32,000 nt of DNA from Acaryochloris marina MBIC11017 (GTDB taxonomy: Bacteria; Cyanobacteriota; Cyanobacteriia; Thermosynechococcales; Thermosynechococcaceae). This document shows, in pieces, positions 7,059 through 15,308 of this stretch. The stretch's first letter is position 1; each line of letters opens with the position of its first letter. Below the pieces are notes generated by a model, which saw only the letters and a list, made by a program, of their open reading frames with translations, was not told the origin of the DNA and searched no databases. Location of the stretch: assembly GCF_000018105.1 (NCBI RefSeq), contig NC_009925.1, forward strand, positions 1,470,001-1,502,000. Direction: 5' to 3'. The position numbers and the translations under genes were made by a program.

Positions 7059-8579
7059 ATGCCATCCTCTTTAGACAGCGGTCCTGATCAGACAATTAAT
7101 TATGATGCCATCGTCATTGGCTCAGGGATTGGAGGGTTGGTAACGGCGACTCAACTCGCAGCGAAAGGGGCCAACGTATTGGTTTTGGAACGTTATCTCA
7201 TTCCAGGCGGAAGCGCAGGGTACTTTGAGCGCAGTGGCTATCGGTTTGATGTTGGGGCTTCCATGATTTTTGGGTTTGGTGATCGGGGTACGACCAATCT
7301 GTTAACCCGCGCTTTAGCAGCCGTTGACCAGCACCTTGAGACCTTTCCCGATCCCGTCCAAATTCACTACCATCTCCCTCAGAACTTAGACCTCAAGGTG
7401 CATAGAGACTATGAGAAGTTTTTGCAAGAACTGATTTCACTTTTTCCCTATGAGCGCCGTGGCATCCGCCAGTTTTACGACACCTGTTGGCAAATCTTTA
7501 ATAGCCTTAACAGTATGGAGTTGCTGTCTCTAGAGGAATTGGGCTATTTAGCCCGGTCTTTTTGGCAGCATCCGGGCAGTTGTTTTCGGCTATTGCAGTA
7601 TTTACCCCGCAATGTCGGGGACTATGCTCGGCGATATATCAAAGACCCTATTCTTCTCAAGTTTATTGATATGGAGTGCTATTGCTGGTCGGTGGTACCA
7701 GCCGCCCAAACGCCCATGATCAATGCTGGGATGGTCTTTTCCGATCGCCATTATGGCGGGGTGAATTATCCCAAAGGTGGGGTGGGTCAAATTGCCCTCA
7801 AGTTAGTGGAAGGACTAGAAGCTTCCGGGAGTCAGATTCGCTATCGGTCCCGGGTCAATAAAATTGTCTTGGAGCAGGGAACAGCCGTTGGAGTTCAGCT
7901 AGCAACGGGAGAAACCTATCGCGGCCAGCAGATTATTTCTAACGCCACTCGCTGGGACACGTTTGGCCATTTAGTCGATGAAGTTCCGCCAGCAGAAGCC
8001 AAATGGCGACAACGCTACACCAAGTCTCCTAGCTTTTTAAGTCTGCATTTGGGGGTGAAAGCAGAAGCACTCCCTACAAACCTAGATTGTCATCATATTT
8101 TGTTGAATAACTGGGATGAGATAGCTGAACCTGGCGCAACGGTGTTTGTGTCCATTCCCACACTGCTCGACCCCTCGTTAGCCCCACCTGGGCATCATAT
8201 TGTCCATGCCTTTACACCAAGTTGGGTTAAGGATTGGCAGGTGCGATCGCAAACCCAATACAATGCCCAAAAACAAGCGGCAGCCCAAAAACTGATTAGC
8301 CGATTGCAGCAAATTATCCCCAACTTGGACCAGCATATTCACCATATGGAAGTGGGCACGCCCCGCACCCACCGCCGCTTTCTCGGGCGTCAGGATGGCA
8401 CCTATGGTCCTATCCCTAGCCGCCAGCTTTGGGGTTTAGTGGGTATGCCTTTTAACCGCACTGCCATTCCTGGTCTGTATTGTGTCGGCGATAGTACCTT
8501 TCCTGGCCAAGGGCTAAATGCGGTCGCTTTTTCGGGGTTTGCCTGTGCTCACCGAGTCGCCAAAGATTTGAAGCTATGA
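7059..8579 (+). CDS. crtH: Carotenoid (prolycopene) cis-trans isomerase, CrtISO/CrtH type FAD oxidoreductase
   Basis: The dinucleotide-binding motif YDAIVIGSGIGGLVTATQLAAKGANVLVLERYLIPGGSAGYF, the ~506-aa length and the C-terminal YCVGDSTFPGQGLNAV all fit. The ORF track starts at TTG 7053; ATG 7059 is more likely. Confidence 0.8.
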   Translation: MPSSLDSGPDQTINYDAIVIGSGIGGLVTATQLAAKGANVLVLERYLIPGGSAGYFERSGYRFDVGASMIFGFGDRGTTNLLTRALAAVDQHLETFPDPVQIHYHLPQNLDLKVHRDYEKFLQELISLFPYERRGIRQFYDTCWQIFNSLNSMELLSLEELGYLARSFWQHPGSCFRLLQYLPRNVGDYARRYIKDPILLKFIDMECYCWSVVPAAQTPMINAGMVFSDRHYGGVNYPKGGVGQIALKLVEGLEASGSQIRYRSRVNKIVLEQGTAVGVQLATGETYRGQQIISNATRWDTFGHLVDEVPPAEAKWRQRYTKSPSFLSLHLGVKAEALPTNLDCHHILLNNWDEIAEPGATVFVSIPTLLDPSLAPPGHHIVHAFTPSWVKDWQVRSQTQYNAQKQAAAQKLISRLQQIIPNLDQHIHHMEVGTPRTHRRFLGRQDGTYGPIPSRQLWGLVGMPFNRTAIPGLYCVGDSTFPGQGLNAVAFSGFACAHRVAKDLKL

Positions 8580-8677
8580 CTTGACCTGATCCGCTTTATC
8601 CAGGATTTCACACGATTAGAGTTGACGGATTGCCGTAATGTGTTGAATGATAGTGAATCGCAGTTAATGCACAGCCA

Positions 8678-8761
8678 GCGGAACTGGCGGAATTGGTAGA
8701 CGCGCTAGGTTCAGGTCCTAGTGTCTGCAAAGACATCCGGGTTCAAGTCCCGGGTTCCGCA
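8678..8761 (+). tRNA. tRNA-Leu (anticodon CAG), long variable arm
   Basis: GCGGAAC...GTTCCGC forms a 7-bp acceptor stem. The anticodon stem is CTAGG/CCTAG with loop TTCAGGT. The variable arm is GTGTCTGCAAAGACAT. The T-arm is CCGGGTTCAAGTCCCGG. CCA is not encoded. Confidence 0.9.
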
Positions 8762-8774
8762 TCTTTTACACCCT

Positions 8775-9560
8775 ATGATTACCAGCTTGCAAAATCCGCT
8801 GATTAAACAAATGCGGAAGTTGCAGCAGGTCAAACATCGCCGTCAGCAAGGCAAGCTGCTGCTCGAAGGCACCCATTTACTCCAGTCTGCCTGGGAGCAA
8901 AATTGGTCCTTTGAGATTGTTTGCTATACAGATAGATGGCAAGCCAAATATCCCCAGATATGGCAGCAAATTCAAGACCGAACGACTCGGTTGGAGCGGG
9001 TCAGCCCAGAGGTCTTGCAAGCCACTGCGACAACCGTGCATCCTGATGGCGTGGTAGCAGTCATTAGTCGGCCAGCAACACCATCGTTACCGATTCAGAC
9101 TTTAGGACTAGCCCTAGAAACCATTCAAGATCCGGGCAATCTTGGGACCTTAATTCGGACCTCTGTGGCGACTCAGGTGGAAGGGCTGCTGCTCAATCAA
9201 CAGTGTGCAGATCTAGAAAGTCCCAAAGTCTTGAGGGCTTCGGCTGGAGCCTGGTTTCATCTTCCCCAGCGGGCAACGGATAAATTCGTCACCGTATTAC
9301 AAACGTATAAACAGCAGGGCATGCAGCTTATTGCCACGGTTCCCGATGCATCCCACACCTTTTGGCAGGTTGATTATCGCCAACCCACCCTGATCTTGAT
9401 TGGCAATGAAGGAGCAGGTTTATCCCAGCCTGTGTTGGATTTGGCCGATCACCAGGTCAATATTCCCATTGCCCCAGGGGTGGAGTCGTTGAATGCTGCG
9501 ATCGCAGCCGCGCTTCTCCTCTACGAAGTCCGTCGGCAGCGTGATGGCAAACCCGCTTGA
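8775..9560 (+). CDS. TrmH/SpoU-family RNA 2'-O-methyltransferase (RlmB-like)
   Basis: Sequence from ATG 8775: MITSLQNPLIKQMRKLQQ...LLEGTHL...IQDPGNLGTLIRTS...LIGNEGAGLS...IPIAPGVESLNAAIAAALLLYE. The ORF-track start at 8721 would overlap tRNA-Leu. Confidence 0.85.
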   Translation: MITSLQNPLIKQMRKLQQVKHRRQQGKLLLEGTHLLQSAWEQNWSFEIVCYTDRWQAKYPQIWQQIQDRTTRLERVSPEVLQATATTVHPDGVVAVISRPATPSLPIQTLGLALETIQDPGNLGTLIRTSVATQVEGLLLNQQCADLESPKVLRASAGAWFHLPQRATDKFVTVLQTYKQQGMQLIATVPDASHTFWQVDYRQPTLILIGNEGAGLSQPVLDLADHQVNIPIAPGVESLNAAIAAALLLYEVRRQRDGKPA

Positions 9561-9650
9561 TTACGTTCAATAACATCCAATGGATTCCGCCCCAGAAGCC
9601 CATAGAATAAAACTACCTAGTAAAGCTGCTGCAATTTTTAAAAATTTTCT

Positions 9651-10109
9651 ATGACCACTGAAACGTCCTCTGCCAATGAAGTTGCTGCTGATGATTATGT
9701 TGTCATCGGTCTAGCGACCTGCTTTGTCAAAAAAGATAATAAGCTGCATCCAGTCAAAATCGTAGAGCCGATTCCTTCTGCCGCTCTAGAAGCGATTCTC
9801 AAAGGGATTCCCACCTCCTACGAAATGGCAGTTGCAACCACAGTGGGGGCAGTTTGGTCTAATGAAACACCTCAAGCTCCTTCAGGATTTCCGGCTGAAG
9901 CCCAATTCTGTGATGAGTTTTCTTTCCGCCTCCAAGCCACAGCCCGCAGTTATCGATCACGCCCCGTTGCCAAAGAGCACCTAGCGCCGGGAGCCCTAAA
10001 AACAGACTTCAACTTCTCGACAGAGCGGAAGCGCATGCTCAATGCAGATCGCACGGTCAGTACCGAAGACAATGTCAAACAGCATTCCCATACCCATAAG
10101 GTCCTCTAG
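9651..10109 (+). CDS. Hypothetical protein (152 aa)
   Basis: ATG-initiated ORF in a coding-like region with an AT-rich leader and a stem-loop downstream. I cannot name a family from memory. Confidence 0.55.
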   Translation: MTTETSSANEVAADDYVVIGLATCFVKKDNKLHPVKIVEPIPSAALEAILKGIPTSYEMAVATTVGAVWSNETPQAPSGFPAEAQFCDEFSFRLQATARSYRSRPVAKEHLAPGALKTDFNFSTERKRMLNADRTVSTEDNVKQHSHTHKVL

Positions 10110-10130
10110 TCCACATTAATACTCTAGGGT

Positions 10131-10167
10131 GGGGAGTCAGCCAAATCCCTTCATGGCTGGCTCCCCA
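10131..10167 (+). terminator. Stem-loop downstream of the 152-aa ORF (possible terminator, no T-run)
   Basis: GGGGAGTCAGCCA ... TGGCTGGCTCCCC forms a 13-bp stem with one G-U pair, 22 nt after the stop codon. Confidence 0.35.
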
Positions 10168-10340
10168 CTCGCGCAGCCGCTCACAAACAGGTTCAGTCCA
10201 TGAACCTAGCCTTCAGTCAGGATAGTGCTGAGATGGATAAAGCCCTGTGGACTCAATATGCAGGGGTAAGTCATCATTCAATCTTTCCAGACGCTATTGG
10301 CTAAAAACTTGGCACCATAATCTTTAGAAACGTCACCAGC

Positions 10341-11552
10341 TTAGGGTAATTCTGTCTTTAAAACCTCAATAGGAAGCTTGTTTTGGCCGCATTGCAGAGC
10401 GGGTGGGTGAAAGTTAAACTGCTTAAATGCTTCATAGTAACTGAGAATATTTTGGATACTGGGCTCCCCAATCGTTGTGGGTAGCTCATTTTTCAGAGAG
10501 AGTAATAAACCTTCAGCAAGACAAGACCAAGCTGTACTAGATAGACCATGCTCATCCTGTTCAGCAAAATCAAATGGAAAGCGTGATAAGTACCCAATGC
10601 TATGGCAATCAATCAGGCCTGCCTCACATGGGGCAAGATCATGATAAGTCCGACATCTGTTCCATGCCTTTTCACGATCCCAACAGTAGGGCTGGCTATC
10701 ATCGATCAAAATGGTTCCGGGGGCAACGTGATCTATCTCAATCACATGCCAAGAACTCACAGCCGTGACTAAGAATTTGCAGTCATAACAAGAACTATGG
10801 GGGGGTACTTCTCCCCTTGGTGTCGTTAATTCAAAAGATATCTTCGTCTTTTCTGCATTTTTTTGTAGAGACTTACAAAGGGTATTCAAGTGCTCTGCCC
10901 GAGAAGGCTTGTCTACCAGAATGAGTTCTCTCGGCACGAGGGGTTGCTGGAGTAAAAGTCGGGCAAATGCCCCGCCCACACTACCGGCACCAAGAACGAC
11001 CATTTTCGAGGTTGAGACGTCTATCGCCAGATCATGAATCGATCTTAAGTAGGTTTCTAAGACAGAAATGGAAGTCACCGAGTGCCCCGTGGTTAACGTA
11101 ATGCCCAGTTCCTGGGCCAGTGCTGCTAACTTTCTACCATAGAGGGAAAGAGACCCCGTGAGTCCACCTAAACAAACAAAACGTGCACCCGATTGAGCAG
11201 CAAGCCTAAGCCCATCTTGTAAGATTTTACGACTGCCTGAGCGAGTGGATGGATGAATAATATCTTGGGCATATACTGGCAAAAAGAGAATACCCACTCG
11301 CACTGATCTGGTTTCCAACACCTCACCAAATGCTGGCTTGAGATGCTTGGTTAAAGAGGCCCGTTCATGGTGCTCTAAGTTTTTGCTCCAAGGAAACATG
11401 CGAGGTAAATCATCTTCATCCCTAGGATGTGTAATCAGAACCACATCAAAATCGGCATCTTTCTGGTGGGACTTACAACTTTCTAACCAATCAAAGTAGG
11501 CATCGGGGCCTATCCATGAGCAAAGGCTGTGTGATTGAGTTTTGGCTTGCAT
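10341..11552 (-). CDS. COG5322-type NAD(P)-dependent dehydrogenase, paralogue of long-chain acyl-ACP reductase (AAR)
   Basis: 403-aa ORF with an ATG start. Its segments align with what I recall of Synechococcus elongatus AAR:
- VVLITHPRDEDD with GLIGHLTSLEQ
- CLGGLTGS with ALGGFTSI
- TTGHSVTS with TTGNTHTA
- the Rossmann motif VVLGAGSVGGAFARLL with VVGATGDIGSAVCRWL
- LIDDSQP with LIDGGYP
- AWSCLAEGLLLSL with MFACFAEAMLLEF (the catalytic Cys region). Confidence 0.7.
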   Translation of the reverse strand: MQAKTQSHSLCSWIGPDAYFDWLESCKSHQKDADFDVVLITHPRDEDDLPRMFPWSKNLEHHERASLTKHLKPAFGEVLETRSVRVGILFLPVYAQDIIHPSTRSGSRKILQDGLRLAAQSGARFVCLGGLTGSLSLYGRKLAALAQELGITLTTGHSVTSISVLETYLRSIHDLAIDVSTSKMVVLGAGSVGGAFARLLLQQPLVPRELILVDKPSRAEHLNTLCKSLQKNAEKTKISFELTTPRGEVPPHSSCYDCKFLVTAVSSWHVIEIDHVAPGTILIDDSQPYCWDREKAWNRCRTYHDLAPCEAGLIDCHSIGYLSRFPFDFAEQDEHGLSSTAWSCLAEGLLLSLKNELPTTIGEPSIQNILSYYEAFKQFNFHPPALQCGQNKLPIEVLKTELP

Positions 11553-12046
11553 CGTAGCTGATCGTGGTATGAATGACTAAATGATTTACCCTGCCTTCCA
11601 AAGTCAAAATGACGCTCTGGATAACCAAGGATTTCATCGGCAATTTTGCAATCGCCCACTATCGGCTATTGTTCTTGAGCTAGCTGATTGAGGCCTGATA
11701 CCTACCTAATTTTTGCCTGAGTATGTCATGAATACAGGGATACAAAGGATTCATCATGTCACTCTAACCATGGGCTGCCGATGATACAAGTATTGGAGCC
11801 TTCTGAAATATCCCTGCACTTTAATGAGGAGAAACTCAGTGGTGTTAGCCTGCGATACTCTCCGACCGGCCTTTGGTCATCGCAAGCTACTAATCTGATT
11901 TCAGGTAAAGCGGGTTTAAAAGCTTTCCGGAGAACTTAAACAGGCTCAACAAGAAAATTAAAGCAAGACTTTAGAAACTCACAAGCGTTATCCAATAATA
12001 ATTTCAGGACTTGATACTCCAGGAAATAGAGGGGGTAAAAAAAACT

Positions 12047-12089
12047 GTATTTTCTGATACAAAATCTCTGTGATCCAGTCTCTTAGGAT
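12047..12089 (+). promoter_or_regulatory. NtcA-type activated promoter of glnA: GTA-N8-TAC box plus TAN3T -10 element
   Basis: GTAttttctgaTAC lies at 12047-12060. TAGGAT at 12084-12089 begins 23 nt downstream of the box. The site lies ~155 nt upstream of the glnA ATG. Confidence 0.6.
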
Positions 12090-12214
12090 ATTAGGCTAAA
12101 TCCTTAGCTTGACTCACCCTGAGCATTTTTGTTTGACCGCTGTTTATGAGCTTGGTAACGTTTCTACCCCAGGGAATGCACTTGAGCTTGCTATTTACTG
12201 TTAAGGAGTAATTC

Positions 12215-13636
12215 ATGGCCCAATCCCCCCAGGACATTCTGAATTGGATTAAAAACGACAATATTCAAGTCGTTGATCTTAAATTCATTGATATGCCAGG
12301 TATTTGGCAGCATCTGACCCTTTATCAGGATCAAATTGACGAAAGTAGCTTCACCGATGGTGTTGCATTTGACGGTTCTAGTATCCGGGGTTGGAAAGCC
12401 ATCAACGAATCGGATATGGCTATGGTGCCTGATCCCAATACGGCTTGGATCGATCCGTTTATGGAAGAGCCTACGCTCAGTATGATCTGTAGTATCCAAG
12501 AACCCCGTACGGGCCAGCCCTACGAGCGATGCCCTCGCTCCATTGCCCAAAAAGCCTTAGATTATCTCGCAAGCACAGGAATTGGCGATACCGCATTCTT
12601 TGGCCCTGAAGCTGAATTTTTTATTTTCGAAGATGTTCGCTTTGACCAAACTGAAAATTCTGCCTATTACTATGTAGATACCAAAGAAGGTCGTTGGAAC
12701 TCTGGCGCAGTCGAAGAAGGCGGCAACTTGGGCTACAAGCCCCGCTATAAAGAAGGCTATTTCCCTGTTTCTCCCACCGATACGCTGCAAGACATGCGGA
12801 CGGAGATGCTGTTGACCATGGCCAAATGTGGGGTACCCATCGAAAAGCATCACCATGAAGTTGCCACGGGTGGCCAATGCGAATTAGGCATCAAGTTTGC
12901 TCCCATTATTGAGTCTGGCGATAACTTGATGATCTATAAGTATTGCGTCAAGAACGTTGCCAAAAAATACGGCAAATCAGCGACCTTTATGCCCAAGCCC
13001 TTGTTCAACGACAATGGGTCGGGAATGCATACTCACCAGTCTATTTGGAAAGCTGGGCAGCCTCTATTCTGGGGAGATGGCTATGCCAATCTGAGCCAGA
13101 CAGCGTTGCATTACATTGGCGGTATCCTTAAGCATGCCCCGGCATTATTGGCCCTCACCAACCCCACCACCAACTCTTATAAGCGTTTGGTTCCGGGCTT
13201 TGAGGCTCCCGTTAACCTGGCCTACTCTCAAGGTAACCGCTCTGCATCCATTCGGATTCCGCTTTCTGGTCCTAATCCCAAAGCAAAGCGTCTAGAATTT
13301 CGTTGTCCTGATGCTACTTGTAATCCATATCTCGCCTTTGCTGCGATGCTCTGTGCCGGGATTGACGGGATTAAAAATCAAATTGATCCAGGCAGCTCTT
13401 TGGATGTTGATATTTATGATCTCAGTCCTGAAGAACTCGCCAAGATTCCTTCTACCCCCGGTTCCTTACTAGAAGCCTTAGAAGCATTGCAAAATGATCA
13501 CAACTTCTTAGTCGACTCAGGTGTCTTTACCAAGGACTTCGTTGAGAACTGGATTGAGTACAAACTCGACAATGAGGTTAACCCCATGCGGTTGCGCCCT
13601 CATCCCTATGAATTGTCCTTGTACTACGATGTCTAG
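12215..13636 (+). CDS. glnA: Glutamine synthetase type I
   Basis: 473-aa ORF preceded by AAGGAG. It contains canonical GSI blocks: [50 protein letters not shown] and the cyanobacterial N-terminus. Confidence 0.97.
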   Translation: MAQSPQDILNWIKNDNIQVVDLKFIDMPGIWQHLTLYQDQIDESSFTDGVAFDGSSIRGWKAINESDMAMVPDPNTAWIDPFMEEPTLSMICSIQEPRTGQPYERCPRSIAQKALDYLASTGIGDTAFFGPEAEFFIFEDVRFDQTENSAYYYVDTKEGRWNSGAVEEGGNLGYKPRYKEGYFPVSPTDTLQDMRTEMLLTMAKCGVPIEKHHHEVATGGQCELGIKFAPIIESGDNLMIYKYCVKNVAKKYGKSATFMPKPLFNDNGSGMHTHQSIWKAGQPLFWGDGYANLSQTALHYIGGILKHAPALLALTNPTTNSYKRLVPGFEAPVNLAYSQGNRSASIRIPLSGPNPKAKRLEFRCPDATCNPYLAFAAMLCAGIDGIKNQIDPGSSLDVDIYDLSPEELAKIPSTPGSLLEALEALQNDHNFLVDSGVFTKDFVENWIEYKLDNEVNPMRLRPHPYELSLYYDV

Positions 13637-13669
13637 GACAGGTGTTCTAGGCTAGAGTCAAAGCGATTT

Positions 13670-13705
13670 ACAACAAAAGCTGCCTGTACAGGCAGCTTTT
13701 GTTGT
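13670..13705 (+). terminator. glnA terminator hairpin
   Basis: Perfect 15-bp stem ACAACAAAAGCTGCC / GGCAGCTTTTGTTGT around TGTACA, 34 nt after the glnA stop. The 3' arm is U-rich. Confidence 0.7.
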
Positions 13706-13854
13706 AAAAAGCGATCAAAAATATAGATTCCTTTACACTTAACTTAATATAAATTTCATTATTGTAGACTTCGAAAGTGATTGATCTTGATTGGCAGGCT
13801 AGATAGCGGTCGCTGACCTACTTTTCTTTGTTCTCTAAATCACAATCTAGTTTG

Positions 13855-13888
13855 AAAACGATGACCTAATGGTAGGTTATCGTTTTTT
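13855..13888. terminator. Orphan, potentially bidirectional terminator hairpin
   Basis: aaaacgatgaccta / taggttatcgtttt forms a 14-bp stem with one G-U pair. It has a T6 run on the plus strand and an A/T-symmetrical base, so it can also act on the minus strand. Confidence 0.45.
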
Positions 13889-14156
13889 AGTAAGGTGATT
13901 TGAGGTGGAAATCAATGTATTGAGGCACTACCAAAAACTTGGTAGACAATAAAACATGCTATCTTGTCCGAAATCATAATCAAGTTCAGCATGCCAAGAA
14001 CTAGGGGAGTAGTTTAGCATCAGCAACTTGGTTTTATTCCTAGACATCCATTCAACACAGATGATGTCATTATTTTCTAGTGAAGTAAAAGCCTTCTCTA
14101 TAGATAGACGGGGATGTTTCACGCGTTAGAAAAATGAGTGCAATTGTGCCAACCCT

Positions 14157-15035
14157 ATGAATCTCAAATCCTTAAACCAAGTATCAGATGCTAGCCAGGC
14201 CCCTCAAGACGATGGGCCAACAACAAAAACTCCTCTCTCAGGTCATCAAGACCAATTATTACAGCTGGCTCAACAGCGTAACCTGGAAGCTCTGACAACA
14301 CTCATCGATCAGAAGCTAGCAGATCAGGTCGTGAAGGTCGCTGAAATTGAGTTTAAAAATGATTTGCTACAGCTCAGTGTAGAGTCCTCTGAAGTTCCTG
14401 AACAGTCCGTGACTGTACCTCTGATACGAGATTTTTTGAGTCAATTACGATTGCCTGAAGTAACAGCAGTGACCATTTATGGCCAAAAATTGGGTCAAGA
14501 GCTGCCGTTTTGGATGGAAGAGGTAGCTTTGGATTTGCTGATTCTGGATACGCAAGCCTTAATGCCTCAAACTATGGCTGCAGGAAGTGCTGAAGTTACA
14601 GATGAAGAGCCCTCCCCTTTACCTGAGGCAGCACCATTACCCAGTGAAACTGCCCTGGATATAACAGCAAAGTATGAAGCAGGTGAACGCAATTTTGCCC
14701 GAATCAATCTCAAGGATGAGGCATTGCCGGGTATTAATCTGACCTTAGCGGACTTACAAGAAGCTAATTTTGTATGGTGCAATCTAAGGGAATCGAGTTT
14801 AAGCCATGCCAACCTTACGAGTGCCCAGTTGCGTCATGCAGATTTAACAAATGCCAATCTGCAGGGTGCAAAGTTACAGGGAACGGATTTGCAAGGGGCC
14901 AAGCTACAAGGGGCCAACTTAAGCTGGGCTGTTTTACGAGGCACCAACTTAACCGATGCAGATCTAACGGATGTTAATTTGCAAAATGCCACCCTAGAGC
15001 GTGTGATTATGCCCGATGGCACTATGCTTGATTAG
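14157..15035 (+). CDS. Pentapeptide-repeat protein with an unrelated ~190-aa N-terminal region
   Basis: The C-terminal ~110 aa are uninterrupted A(D/N)LXX pentapeptides: ANLTSAQLRHADLTNANLQGAKLQGTDLQGAKLQGANLSWAVLRGTNLTDADLTDVNLQNATL. Confidence 0.85.
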   Translation: MNLKSLNQVSDASQAPQDDGPTTKTPLSGHQDQLLQLAQQRNLEALTTLIDQKLADQVVKVAEIEFKNDLLQLSVESSEVPEQSVTVPLIRDFLSQLRLPEVTAVTIYGQKLGQELPFWMEEVALDLLILDTQALMPQTMAAGSAEVTDEEPSPLPEAAPLPSETALDITAKYEAGERNFARINLKDEALPGINLTLADLQEANFVWCNLRESSLSHANLTSAQLRHADLTNANLQGAKLQGTDLQGAKLQGANLSWAVLRGTNLTDADLTDVNLQNATLERVIMPDGTMLD

Positions 15036-15308
15036 ATTATTTTGGGGCTTTACCCCCTTGTTTCTTAATAGCTATTACTCAATTTATAGGGATCTTGGAT
15101 TTTCATTTATCAATGAAATTTCAGGTACCCGACAAGTGAATTATTTCTAGGGATAGTATAAATTCTTATCAATATACGATCTCAATAAAACTCAAGTCTG
15201 AAAATATTGTTTTCAAATAGAGATAAGTATCTCAAAAGTTTTTGGGCATTATTTTCTATAGAGATCTATTACCTGCCTAGCATTATCTTGCAGGTGGAGT
15301 CATTTTGC

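Noticed and set aside
8721-8774. N-terminal extension of the TrmH-family ORF as given in the ORF track.
   Set aside because: It overlaps the 3' half of tRNA-Leu (8678-8761). ATG 8775 gives a normal-length methyltransferase.
9561-9650. Possible glutamine riboswitch (glnA RNA motif) in the leader of the 152-aa ORF, prompted by ACGTTCA at 9563.
   Set aside because: The conserved GGAAGUAGG core and the closing GGAACG strand are both absent.
11737-11793. Short ORF MNTGIQRIHHVTLTMGCR in the glnA upstream region, resembling the N-terminus of VOC/glyoxalase-type proteins (IHHVTL).
   Set aside because: It has only 18 codons before a stop, and neighbouring frames do not continue a VOC-like sequence. 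It is at best an unverifiable gene remnant.
12191-13131. Antisense and alternative-frame ORFs inside glnA (12191-12550 minus, 12557-12877 minus, 12943-13131 plus).
   Set aside because: They lie entirely within the unambiguous glnA frame and show no motifs. They are shadow ORFs.
13928-14122. 64-codon GTG-initiated minus-strand ORF.
   Set aside because: Its composition is AT-rich and atypical, it has no motif, and only 34 bp separate it from the divergent pentapeptide gene. It is kept only as a possibility in the 13706-14156 finding.
15207-15308. TTG-initiated 34-codon extension of the hybrid kinase.
   Set aside because: The stretch is AT-rich and of low coding quality ([22 protein letters not shown]...). 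ATG 15309 has a GGTGGAG ribosome-binding site.
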